64,000 bases of DNA from Gammaproteobacteria bacterium (GTDB lineage Bacteria; Pseudomonadota; Gammaproteobacteria; Pseudomonadales; Azotimanducaceae): the NCBI GenBank assembly GCA_027295305.1, contig JAPULC010000024.1:248-64247 (forward strand), given 5' to 3'. This document shows, in pieces, positions 8,087-15,662 of the stretch (positions within the stretch are counted from its first letter, which is position 1; each line of letters begins with the position of its first letter). The notes beneath the pieces were generated by a model that saw only the letters and a list, made by a program, of their open reading frames with translations, made no database searches and had not been told where the DNA came from. The position numbers were made by a program, and so were the translations under genes.

Positions 8087-8229
8087 CCCACGTGATCATC
8101 GAGGTGGGCTGGTACGACGCGCTGCACGTGGGGTTCATGCTCATCGAGGTGAGCTTTATCTGGTACATCCTGAGAAAGAACCCTGGCCAACGGGTGGTCG
8201 ATTGGATGCTCGGAAAGGACAAGCGATGA
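8083..8229 (+). CDS. Possible small membrane protein (48 aa, TTG start)
   Basis: TTGA overlap with the upstream stop and ATGA overlap with the next start. It has a hydrophobic core (VGFMLIEVSFIWYIL). It is below the ORF-track size cutoff. Confidence 0.35.
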   Translation: MTHVIIEVGWYDALHVGFMLIEVSFIWYILRKNPGQRVVDWMLGKDKR

Positions 8230-8453
8230 TACAAAGGCTATGGCTTTGGCTTTGGCTTTGGCTTTGCGGCTACCCCAGGCGCATCGACAATCACACAACC
8301 GAGGTCGCGCCGGGCAAGTACGTCATGACCGGCCGCTTTGTCGAGTCCACCGAAGCACCCCCAGGCTACTACGCTGTCGCATGGCGCAACGGTATCCCGT
8401 ATCAGTTTGCACCCCTTCCAGACGGCGAAAAGGAAAGCGATGATCTGGGATAA
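8226..8453 (+). CDS. Hypothetical protein with an N-terminal (LW)4 repeat
   Basis: ATG at 8226 in an ATGA overlap. N-terminus MIQRLWLWLWLWLCGY. Confidence 0.5.
   Translation: MIQRLWLWLWLWLCGYPRRIDNHTTEVAPGKYVMTGRFVESTEAPPGYYAVAWRNGIPYQFAPLPDGEKESDDLG
8241..8266 (+). repeat. Hexanucleotide tandem repeat (TGGCTT)x4 plus partial unit
   Basis: The sequence tggctttggctttggctttggctttg is read directly. It is in frame and encodes LWLWLWLW. Confidence 0.9.
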
Positions 8454-8465
8454 ACTATACGCGGA

Positions 8466-8873
8466 GTGGATGCGACTGCGCCGGCAGAGGTGGCGGCGAT
8501 GAGTGGCCTGTCCGACCTCGCAAAGATGTTGCTCGCGCGCGCTGGCGGCCGAGTCATCCCCCGAGCGATGACAGGGATCTCCCGTCGTGTCGTGTGGGTG
8601 GACATCAACAAACTCGCGCGGGCCCACGCGGACATGGACATGTGGGCCTCGAACCGCCTAGGTGAGATGTGGGGCGAGGATCGCAAAGACGAGCCTGCCT
8701 ACGCTTGGCACCGAGGCATCAACGGCCCAGTGCTGTGCGGCGCGAAGATGGAGGCCAACCCGCTAGAGATGCGCATGCCACTGGTCGAGCATCAGTGCAC
8801 CGAGTGTCAGCGTATCTGGCATGATCTGCACTGGAGCACAGAGGCGGATGATCCCGCTGGAGGTCCAGCGTGA
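8466..8873 (+). CDS. Hypothetical protein
   Basis: 135-aa ORF with a GTG start at 8466 or ATG at 8499. It has a C-terminal CTEC/HDLH-containing segment. Confidence 0.55.
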   Translation: MDATAPAEVAAMSGLSDLAKMLLARAGGRVIPRAMTGISRRVVWVDINKLARAHADMDMWASNRLGEMWGEDRKDEPAYAWHRGINGPVLCGAKMEANPLEMRMPLVEHQCTECQRIWHDLHWSTEADDPAGGPA

Positions 8874-9058
8874 AAACCCACATGACTAAGATGCCAAGAG
8901 CACTTACACCCTCTGCCGAGAAGCGTCGGAAGAAGCGTTTCCTGTATGTCCGCCGGAAGATGATGCAAATCTGGTGTGGGTTTCACAGGCCGCACATGGC
9001 TCGCTATTACGATCAGGGAATCGTTTATCACAGACACATCAACGTGGTGCTGTCATGA
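8870..9058 (+). CDS. Hypothetical basic small protein
   Basis: GTGA overlap at 8870. The product is Lys/Arg rich and the stretch has lower GC. Confidence 0.4.
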   Translation: MKTHMTKMPRALTPSAEKRRKKRFLYVRRKMMQIWCGFHRPHMARYYDQGIVYHRHINVVLS

Positions 9059-9246
9059 ACCCCAATGCTCATCCAGCAACCACCCACTGGAGCTGGCGCC
9101 GCAAGCGCAAAGGCCTCAAGTGGCACTACTGCAGCCACACCGGACGCCCGCTGTGCGCTTCGGTTCCATGGCTGCGCACAGAGTTCGGTGGCTTCCAGGA
9201 GGCGGAGCACCCGCCGCCGGGTGAATGCTGCGGAAGGTGCGGATAA
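9055..9246 (+). CDS. Hypothetical Cys-rich small protein
   Basis: ATG at 9055 in an ATGA overlap. It carries HYCSHTGRPLC...ECCGRC. Confidence 0.5.
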   Translation: MNPNAHPATTHWSWRRKRKGLKWHYCSHTGRPLCASVPWLRTEFGGFQEAEHPPPGECCGRCG

Positions 9247-9386
9247 GTTTTGCTCGCTTCACAACGTTCCACAGCCGGTCGGTTATCGTCGTTCATTGCC
9301 GGTCCTTGTTCCCGCTGCGCCGCGGGATGTGTGGGTGCCCGCATGCGTAAATGCGTTCAGGCGCGCGGAACTCCCGGCCGGCTTGA

Positions 9387-9590
9387 ATGGTCTCGCCGGC
9401 CGGGGGGTGCCGCGAGATGATCGACCGCAAGGTTCACACGATGAAGTTGAGGATGCTTTCTCAGCTACTTCCGTTGCCCGATCATGTACGCCTCAAGCTA
9501 GTTGCGCGCACGTTATCGCATGGCACCGCCGACCAAGCACAAGCCGCGCTTGAGGCACTTGTGATGCTGCCATCGACTAGGACGGGATGA
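9387..9590 (+). CDS. Hypothetical protein (weak)
   Basis: 67-aa ORF with only a moderate third-position GC signal. Confidence 0.35.
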   Translation: MVSPAGGCREMIDRKVHTMKLRMLSQLLPLPDHVRLKLVARTLSHGTADQAQAALEALVMLPSTRTG

Positions 9591-9791
9591 ATGATAGTCC
9601 GCAACGTGCATCGAGCCGGCCCGATGGTGAAGGGCGCGCAGTGCTGCCGTGACTGTGGGAGGCGGCTGCCGGACCTGCATGAGGCGGGCTGGCGCATCGG
9701 CGCCTACCTCGAAATGCTCGACGACCACCGCGTGAAGCAATGGCACAACCCGCCGCCGGCCCGCCGGCGATGCGATGCGGAGCCCGACTGA
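9591..9791 (+). CDS. Hypothetical small Cys-containing protein
   Basis: The ATG directly follows the upstream TGA. Third-position GC is high, and it has CCRDC plus a distal Cys. Confidence 0.5.
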   Translation: MIVRNVHRAGPMVKGAQCCRDCGRRLPDLHEAGWRIGAYLEMLDDHRVKQWHNPPPARRRCDAEPD

Positions 9792-10007
9792 TGGATTGGA
9801 TCAGCTGGATATTCTCTTGCGTCTGGCAGGGGCACGCATGGTCGCAGCATCTGCACCCATGCAGATGCCTTGTGTGCGGCAAATGGCGCCCCTGAGACTT
9901 ATCATGTAGAGCATCTACGAGGGCAGGCGGCGGATCCTCCTGGTTGGTTCGTGATGGCTCAAGCCGGACGTTTGCCTGCCCTCCTTTCCCAATCGAGGAT
10001 ATTTAAT

Positions 10008-10211
10008 ATGGCCGAAGCAAGTCAGACCAAAGCACAATGGCAGACAATGACGGAAGCAGAAATGATGGAACGGGCAGCGACATGTTTTGAGAAGGCAGCT
10101 ACCGCAATGCAGGGAAGCCCCGAGCACCATGCCTGGAAGAAGGCCGGCGAGCTGTGGCGCAAGCAGGCGGGCGTGAATACGCCACAGAAAGAAGCGGAAG
10201 CCAGCCCCTGA
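10008..10211 (+). CDS. Hypothetical small protein in a lower-GC island
   Basis: ATG at 10008 with GAGGA 9 nt upstream. It is flanked by roughly 200-nt and 180-nt non-coding, structure-rich spacers. Confidence 0.5.
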   Translation: MAEASQTKAQWQTMTEAEMMERAATCFEKAATAMQGSPEHHAWKKAGELWRKQAGVNTPQKEAEASP

Positions 10212-10399
10212 AAACTTCGGAGGGCCGCACATGGGCGAGTCTCACCGCCCGCGGAACTCTGCAGGCCCGCCCCGTGCTATTCCGAGCGGGGGCAAGACCG
10301 GGCCAGTCCCGGGGGTGACCTGTCACATCCTGCCCGTCTGCGGTGGGTAGACTGAGAGCCACCCTCGGGGCAATCGGATTTATCGCGTAGGAGATGGGC

Positions 10400-10696
10400 A
10401 TGCGGGAGGAGATTGACGTGGATGCAGCGCTGTCTCGGCACCGGGAACGCCTGAAGAGCCAAATGGAAGTGGGCCGGCGGATGATGTCGGAATGCCGATG
10501 TCCCGACGATGGCTCCGCTCTCATTCCGAGTCACTATGATGGTGGTTTGAATGTCGTCACGGTGCGTTGTATGCGTTGCCGTTTTTGGATGCGGATATTT
10601 GAACAGGAAGAGCATCGGCCTTGGATGAGGGCCGCATGGGATACTCTCCACGAGAGTCAAGCGGTGCAGGAATGGCAGGAGGAGATAAGCAAATGA
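10400..10696 (+). CDS. Hypothetical zinc-ribbon-like protein
   Basis: ATG at 10400 follows AGGAG. It has the Cys pairs CRC...CMRC. Confidence 0.55.
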   Translation: MREEIDVDAALSRHRERLKSQMEVGRRMMSECRCPDDGSALIPSHYDGGLNVVTVRCMRCRFWMRIFEQEEHRPWMRAAWDTLHESQAVQEWQEEISK

Positions 10697-10953
10697 CTGA
10701 GGGATACGTTACACCAGAAGAACGAGAAGCCTATGCCGAGCGCAAGCGAGAGGGGCAACCGCGGCTCCAGCGGTGGTATCCGCTCCTCTCGCTTCTGATG
10801 ACGATTGCCCTGTGTGCTGTGATTTTCTGGCAGAGGTCAATCATCGACCGCAAGGCGTCCCTCCTTGATCGGGCGGGGTGTGCCATTCTTATCCAAGAGC
10901 GTCGCATCAAAGATCTGGAGGCGGTGGTCGAGTGGAGTGGAACCGATGAGTGA
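10693..10953 (+). CDS. Hypothetical single-pass membrane protein
   Basis: ATGA overlap. It has a transmembrane helix (WYPLLSLLMTIALCAVIFW). Confidence 0.55.
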   Translation: MTEGYVTPEEREAYAERKREGQPRLQRWYPLLSLLMTIALCAVIFWQRSIIDRKASLLDRAGCAILIQERRIKDLEAVVEWSGTDE

Positions 10954-11368
10954 GCCGACAAAGCCGGGGCTGTTCCAAGGCACAGGCTGGGCCATGAATG
11001 CGAAAGCCGGCAAGCTCGATCGGCTCAATGCAGCACTGACAGCCGCCGCCGAGGGGCTCTATGCGCTCAATCTGGGTGCGGCCGCCGAAATCCCGATGGG
11101 TGGCGACACGTATCTAATGTGGGCCAAGCACGACGGCAAGTGGGGCTTGTATGTCTACAGCTACAACGAATCACTGCGTAAGGGAAAGGCGCCTATGAAG
11201 CTTGTGCCTATCCTGCAAGCCGAAGCAGACCACAGGATATTGGCTGCGGGGCACCTGAACGCGCTGCTGGAAGCTGTCCGGGTCGCATCGGGCGAGGCGC
11301 TGCGCGGCATCGAAGATGCGATCAGCGCTGCGCAGTCATTTGCGGAAGGGATGGCAAAGGATGGCTGA
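10946..11368 (+). CDS. Hypothetical protein
   Basis: ATG at 10946 (MSEPTKPG) overlaps the upstream gene by 8 nt. Confidence 0.6.
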   Translation: MSEPTKPGLFQGTGWAMNAKAGKLDRLNAALTAAAEGLYALNLGAAAEIPMGGDTYLMWAKHDGKWGLYVYSYNESLRKGKAPMKLVPILQAEADHRILAAGHLNALLEAVRVASGEALRGIEDAISAAQSFAEGMAKDG

Positions 11369-11420
11369 CATACCCCGAATGGTGTGCGCCGAGATGCGCG
11401 GTTTGTGGGAATGATCGAAG

Positions 11421-11430
11421 ATATCCGGTA
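11421..11430 (+). promoter_or_regulatory. WTATCMSGTA start-associated motif copy (ATATCCGGTA), 26 nt upstream of thyA ATG
   Basis: Read directly from the sequence. It is one of six copies of this motif. Confidence 0.4.
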
Positions 11431-11456
11431 GAAGGGTTTCAACCACACGGAGAACC

Positions 11457-12299
11457 ATGACCATTCAATACCTTGATCTACTCGCGGACATCCTGGACAA
11501 CGGCACGCCGCGCGGCGACCGCACGGGCACCGGGACAACGGCTCTATTCGGCCGCTCGATGCGCTTCGACCTGTCTGAAGGCTTCCCGTTGCTCACCACG
11601 AAGAAGCTCCCGCTGCGCTGGATCGCGGAAGAGCTGCTGTGGATGCTGTCGGGTTCGACCGACGAGCATGTGCTACGCGACAAGAAGGTGCACATTTGGA
11701 GTGAGTGGGCTACCGAGGAGCAGTGCGCGAAGTTTGGTCGCGAGCCTGGCGACCTGGGACCAGCATATGGCCACCTCTGGCGAAACTTCGGCGCGTCGGG
11801 CGCCAACATCGGATACTATCCGAACGGCATCGACCAGATTGCGGAAGTCGTGCGGCAGCTCAGGGAGAGCCCGAATAGCCGGCGCATTATCATCACGGGC
11901 TGGGACCCTCGGGAAGCCACACAAGTCGCACTCCCCCCATGCCACACGCTAGTTCAGTTCGACGTGGACGCGGGCAAGCTGTCCTGCCAGCTCTACATGC
12001 GGTCGGCCGATGTGTTCCTGGGCGTGCCGTTCAACACGGCGAGCTACGCGCTGCTGACCCACATGTTCGCGCAGGTCACGGGCCTCGAAGTGGGCGACCT
12101 GATCATGTCGTTCGGCAACGTCCACATCTACAACAACCATCGCGAGCAGGTACGGATGCAAATCGAGCGCGACCCGCGGCCATTGCCCGAGCTGCTCCTG
12201 GACCCGACCGTCAAGTCGATCGATGACTTCGAGTGGAGGCACATCGAGATGCGGGGGTACGACCCGTGCCCGACGATCAAGGCCGAGGTGTCGGTGTGA
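11457..12299 (+). CDS. thyA: Thymidylate synthase (ThyA type)
   Basis: 280 aa with the canonical ThyA blocks: DRTGTGT, FPLLTTKK, DLGPAYGHLWR, SRRIIITGWDP, LPPCHTLVQF, YMRSADVFLGVPFNTASYALL. Confidence 0.95.
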   Translation: MTIQYLDLLADILDNGTPRGDRTGTGTTALFGRSMRFDLSEGFPLLTTKKLPLRWIAEELLWMLSGSTDEHVLRDKKVHIWSEWATEEQCAKFGREPGDLGPAYGHLWRNFGASGANIGYYPNGIDQIAEVVRQLRESPNSRRIIITGWDPREATQVALPPCHTLVQFDVDAGKLSCQLYMRSADVFLGVPFNTASYALLTHMFAQVTGLEVGDLIMSFGNVHIYNNHREQVRMQIERDPRPLPELLLDPTVKSIDDFEWRHIEMRGYDPCPTIKAEVSV

Positions 12300-12523
12300 G
12301 CGTATTCGAGAGACAGCTGGCAGCATTGACACCGGAGGACCGGCAAGCGGTCGCGGACGGGCTCACGTATCGCGTAGCTCATCCGGGAGGAAGGGTCGAG
12401 TACGCACGCGACCTCCAGCACGCGATCGACATTCGACAGTGCAAGCTCGGAGAGCAGCAGGCGCAAATCACCGCGCTGCCTTGGGAGCGCAAGCCGGCCG
12501 AGGAAGGCGTCCCCAATGGCTGA
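12296..12523 (+). CDS. Hypothetical protein
   Basis: GTG at 12296 in a GTGA overlap with the thyA stop. Confidence 0.5.
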   Translation: MSVFERQLAALTPEDRQAVADGLTYRVAHPGGRVEYARDLQHAIDIRQCKLGEQQAQITALPWERKPAEEGVPNG

Positions 12524-13085
12524 TCACGTGAATCTTGAGGCGACGGTGAAGGCATTGCGAGCCCTCTCTGAATATGCTCGGTTCCAAAAACTAAGCACTT
12601 TGGATATCGGCGACGCTGTTGATCGGGCGCTGCATGACTTGCTCTGCGACTCCCTCGAAGCCGATCCCGCGCAGGACAGCGCCCCGGGAGATGGGTGTGA
12701 GGTCTCCAACCATTTCAATCTTGAGGCTGCGGCCGATGGTGAGTGCGAGTGGTGCGCTGACATCACCAAAGCCCACGCCGCCGGGCGGGATGAGCGGGCC
12801 GCAGAATTTGTGTCTGCGGCGGCGGGGCTTCGCCACGATGGCATCAACAGGCTGGTGGCAGCCCTACTCGTCAAGTTACCGGATGCCGATGACCTCCGCG
12901 CCGCCCTCGGCGGGCGCACGACAGACGGTTACGGGCGTTGCGTGCCGCGATGCCAGTGCGCTGACTGTGGCCGCCCTCGCCTGCTGGCACAGATGCTCGT
13001 GGAAGTGATTGGCTCCGTCGGTCCAGAGTCGGCAGAGGACACCGTTGCGCGCGCCGTTGTGGCCCTAGCTGAGTTCAAGGGATGA
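12516..13085 (+). CDS. Hypothetical protein, paralogue of 1163-1636
   Basis: 189-aa ORF. Motifs LEADPAQDSAPGD and KAHAAGR are shared with the 1163 product. Confidence 0.6.
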   Translation: MADHVNLEATVKALRALSEYARFQKLSTLDIGDAVDRALHDLLCDSLEADPAQDSAPGDGCEVSNHFNLEAAADGECEWCADITKAHAAGRDERAAEFVSAAAGLRHDGINRLVAALLVKLPDADDLRAALGGRTTDGYGRCVPRCQCADCGRPRLLAQMLVEVIGSVGPESAEDTVARAVVALAEFKG

Positions 13086-13246
13086 ACCCTCCCGAGGACC
13101 ATGGTGACATCGATGCCGTTGAGGCATGGGTGCGCGAGACGGTCGAGGCACAGGAGGCGAAGAAAGCTCAGCACATCATGATCCCGATCACGATGATGCG
13201 GACGCTGTTGGATGCAGTCCAAGATCTGAGGGAAGAGTTCGAGTGA
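13082..13246 (+). CDS. Hypothetical small protein (54 aa)
   Basis: ATGA overlap at 13082 and GTGA overlap at its stop. It is below the ORF-track cutoff and was translated by hand. Confidence 0.45.
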   Translation: MNPPEDHGDIDAVEAWVRETVEAQEAKKAQHIMIPITMMRTLLDAVQDLREEFE

Positions 13247-13404
13247 CGGGGATGGCACCGATCGGGGATGGCGAGGACTGCTTGTACTGCGGGACAAGCG
13301 CCAAGGCATGCGACAATCTGCCGTTCCATCAGTGCTGCGATGATTGCCAGAAATACCCGGCCGCCCACCTGAGCGGCCACGAGAAGGACGACAGCAATGA
13401 GTGA
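13243..13404 (+). CDS. Hypothetical Cys-rich small protein
   Basis: GTG at 13243 (or ATG at 13252). It carries CLYCG...CDN...HQCCDDC. Confidence 0.45.
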   Translation: MTGMAPIGDGEDCLYCGTSAKACDNLPFHQCCDDCQKYPAAHLSGHEKDDSNE

Positions 13405-14131
13405 TGAACCACGTGGATGGGATGGCGACCTGAAGAAGGCGCTCGAAGCGAGAGTGACAATGTCGACGAAGGGCGATGTGTTCGCGCAGGTCCGCGCGTT
13501 CTGGGAGATCGGGCACACGGAGAAGCTGGCCGACCGCCCGCAGATGCCGAGCGATGCCAGCCTACAGTTATGCCTGAAACTCATCCGCGAGGAACGGCTG
13601 GAGCTGACCGATGCAATCGATGCCGGTGACCTCGTGGAGATGGCCGACGCACTCGGCGACCTCATGTACGTGACCATAGGCATGGGCCTCGCGTGCGGCT
13701 TCCCCATGCGCGAGGTGTTCGACGAGATCCAGCGGACCAACATGGCGAAGTTCCCCGGCGGAGTTGTGACGCGACGACCCAGCGACGGCAAGGTCATGAA
13801 GCCAGAGGGATGGACGCCACCCGACATCAAGGGGATCTTGGAGCGTGCGACCAATGCCGCGACTCCCTGCGGTCATGAATGGAATGGTAGGGTGTGCATA
13901 GGTCCCCAAGGGCATCCGATATGGCATCGCGATGGCAAGACCTCCTGGCGTGCGGACTATGTTGAGGAACAGTGCCCGGCTGGCGAGACCGTCGTGCTCG
14001 ATTCGACAGACAAGAGCATGGTTGAAGAGCGGACTGGCTGGCGTTGCATCCATCCCGAGAAGCATTCAGGAGACCACGTCGATGAGGACGGGAATGAGCA
14101 CTACAACGCATTCGCGCACACCCGGCCCTAA
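13397..14131 (+). CDS. MazG-like nucleotide pyrophosphohydrolase with C-terminal Cys/His-rich extension
   Basis: The N-terminal ~130 aa have a MazG-type helical EExxE/D pattern (LIREERLELTDAIDAGDLVEMADALGDLMYV). The C-terminus has C..GH..H units. Confidence 0.7.
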   Translation: MSDEPRGWDGDLKKALEARVTMSTKGDVFAQVRAFWEIGHTEKLADRPQMPSDASLQLCLKLIREERLELTDAIDAGDLVEMADALGDLMYVTIGMGLACGFPMREVFDEIQRTNMAKFPGGVVTRRPSDGKVMKPEGWTPPDIKGILERATNAATPCGHEWNGRVCIGPQGHPIWHRDGKTSWRADYVEEQCPAGETVVLDSTDKSMVEERTGWRCIHPEKHSGDHVDEDGNEHYNAFAHTRP

Positions 14132-14153
14132 GTGGACGCATGTCGCCGAACAC

Positions 14154-14594
14154 ATGGGCGGCACGTTCTGGGACCTCGGTCCCCTGCGCGTGAAGTCCGA
14201 GCTGTGCGAGGCTGAATACCCCGACGGCTCGGGCGACGTCGGCCCGCAGTGGATGATCAGCGTGAGCTACAAGCGGCGTCGGCCCACTGACAAACAGCTC
14301 CGCAAGGCGCTGCGAGCGTTCGGCATGGTGGGCGCTGAGGAAGACAACCACATGCCCGGGTCGACTCGACAGTTCTGGCTACCCGTCGACCCCAGCCGGC
14401 GGGTGGACTGCGAGTGCAAGGTCACCGAGGATCTTGTGGTCGAGCTAGACGGCCACAAGTGGACCAACCCCAAGCCCGACGACCCCGAGGGCTGTCGCGG
14501 CTGCCTGTTCGAGAGGATCAGACCGGAGTACCGGTGTTCCATCCACGGGTCGGACGCGCCAGCGACAGTCTTATCAGGTATAGACAAGTTGTAA
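14154..14594 (+). CDS. Hypothetical protein
   Basis: ATG at 14154 (MGGTFWDL). An alternative ATG at 14094 follows GAGGA. Confidence 0.55.
   Translation: MGGTFWDLGPLRVKSELCEAEYPDGSGDVGPQWMISVSYKRRRPTDKQLRKALRAFGMVGAEEDNHMPGSTRQFWLPVDPSRRVDCECKVTEDLVVELDGHKWTNPKPDDPEGCRGCLFERIRPEYRCSIHGSDAPATVLSGIDKL
14571..14580 (+). promoter_or_regulatory. WTATCMSGTA motif copy (TTATCAGGTA), 13 nt upstream of ATG 14594
   Basis: Read directly from the sequence. It lies inside the 3' end of the upstream gene. Confidence 0.4.
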
Positions 14595-14800
14595 TGGCTT
14601 TCAAGAAACCCAGGGCAGGTGACACCTGCAAGTGTGGCCACCGGCGCAGCGCGCACATGAGGATAGGCATGGGCGGAGCCTGCGAGCAGTGCGGCTTATC
14701 CTCGATGTCACAGAATCCGCGCTGCCGCGCATTCGAGTTGCACTACCGATGGGGCGAGCTGCCGCCATTGCCGAAAGGACAACGTCATGACCGACGATGA
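14594..14800 (+). CDS. Hypothetical zinc-binding small protein
   Basis: TAATG overlap. It carries CKCGH...CEQC. Confidence 0.5.
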   Translation: MAFKKPRAGDTCKCGHRRSAHMRIGMGGACEQCGLSSMSQNPRCRAFELHYRWGELPPLPKGQRHDRR

Positions 14801-15074
14801 TGGCAAGCCACGCAAGGTGAGTTACTTCGAGGCGCAGCCCATGGGCGGTCGCCTGATCATCCCTAAGCGGCCCAAAGACGATAGGACCGCTGGCCAGGTC
14901 GCCTACGAAGCGTTCATGCAGGAACGATGGGGCCATCCAGGCGACTGGATACGAGGGGCCAGTGTCAAGCAAAAGGCATCGTGGGAGGTGTCCGCGAAGG
15001 CTGTGCTCGACGCTGCCGGCGGCCTAGTGGACCTTGATGGTCTGGTGGACGATGGCTTTGAGGGACCGGGGTGA
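14787..15074 (+). CDS. Hypothetical protein
   Basis: 95-aa ORF starting MTDDDGKP. Confidence 0.55.
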   Translation: MTDDDGKPRKVSYFEAQPMGGRLIIPKRPKDDRTAGQVAYEAFMQERWGHPGDWIRGASVKQKASWEVSAKAVLDAAGGLVDLDGLVDDGFEGPG

Positions 15075-15256
15075 CCGACGTCTGCGGCTACTGCATGCAG
15101 GCCCTGGGCAGCACGGTAGGGTGCTCAGGGTGCGACCCACTCGTTAGGATGATGAGCGAATACAATGGCCAGTGCTATGCGTTCATGCTGTTCGGAACTT
15201 GCGCGAAGCCGAGAGGATATGATCTATGGTTGAGTCTACGAAAGAAGACGCGGTGA
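15071..15256 (+). CDS. Hypothetical Cys-rich small protein
   Basis: GTGA overlap. It carries CGYC...CSGC. Confidence 0.45.
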   Translation: MTDVCGYCMQALGSTVGCSGCDPLVRMMSEYNGQCYAFMLFGTCAKPRGYDLWLSLRKKTR

Positions 15257-15471
15257 CCGCGGCCGCTGAGGCTGCCGTGGAAGCTGGAGATACACATCAC
15301 GTGCGCCTGTCCCGCCTCGCCAACGCCGCGACCATGCTGCACACCCGGATGAGTGAGCTGACCGCGGAAGAGCGAGAGATGGTCGACGACTGGGTGGAGG
15401 AACAACCGCTTGGACCCTTTGATGCTGATGCGCTCGAAGAGATCTTGGTCACGCTCGGTGCGGCCGAGTGA
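15226..15471 (+). CDS. Hypothetical acidic protein
   Basis: 81-aa ORF with good third-position GC. Confidence 0.5.
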   Translation: MVESTKEDAVTAAAEAAVEAGDTHHVRLSRLANAATMLHTRMSELTAEEREMVDDWVEEQPLGPFDADALEEILVTLGAAE

Positions 15472-15662
15472 GCAAGCGCTGCAAGCTCTGCGGGTGCATC
15501 CGAACCGAAGGGTCTCACCGCGAGAACCCGAGGTGGCAAGGCGACGCTGGCAAAGGCAAGACGTTCCATAACTTCACCCCCGTGGAACGAAAGAAGAAGC
15601 GCGCCGGATCCACCGCTCGCGCCCTCGCAGACGAATGGAAGAACGGGAGAGCTGACCGATGA
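15468..15662 (+). CDS. Hypothetical basic small protein
   Basis: GTGA overlap. It carries CKLCGC. Confidence 0.45.
   Translation: MSKRCKLCGCIRTEGSHRENPRWQGDAGKGKTFHNFTPVERKKKRAGSTARALADEWKNGRADR

Noticed and set aside
9373-9404. The hairpin CCCGGCCGGC-N12-GCCGGCCGGG as a terminator.
   Set aside because: There is no U-tract, and the loop and 3' arm overlap a candidate ATG (9387). It may be structural, but terminator function is unsupported.
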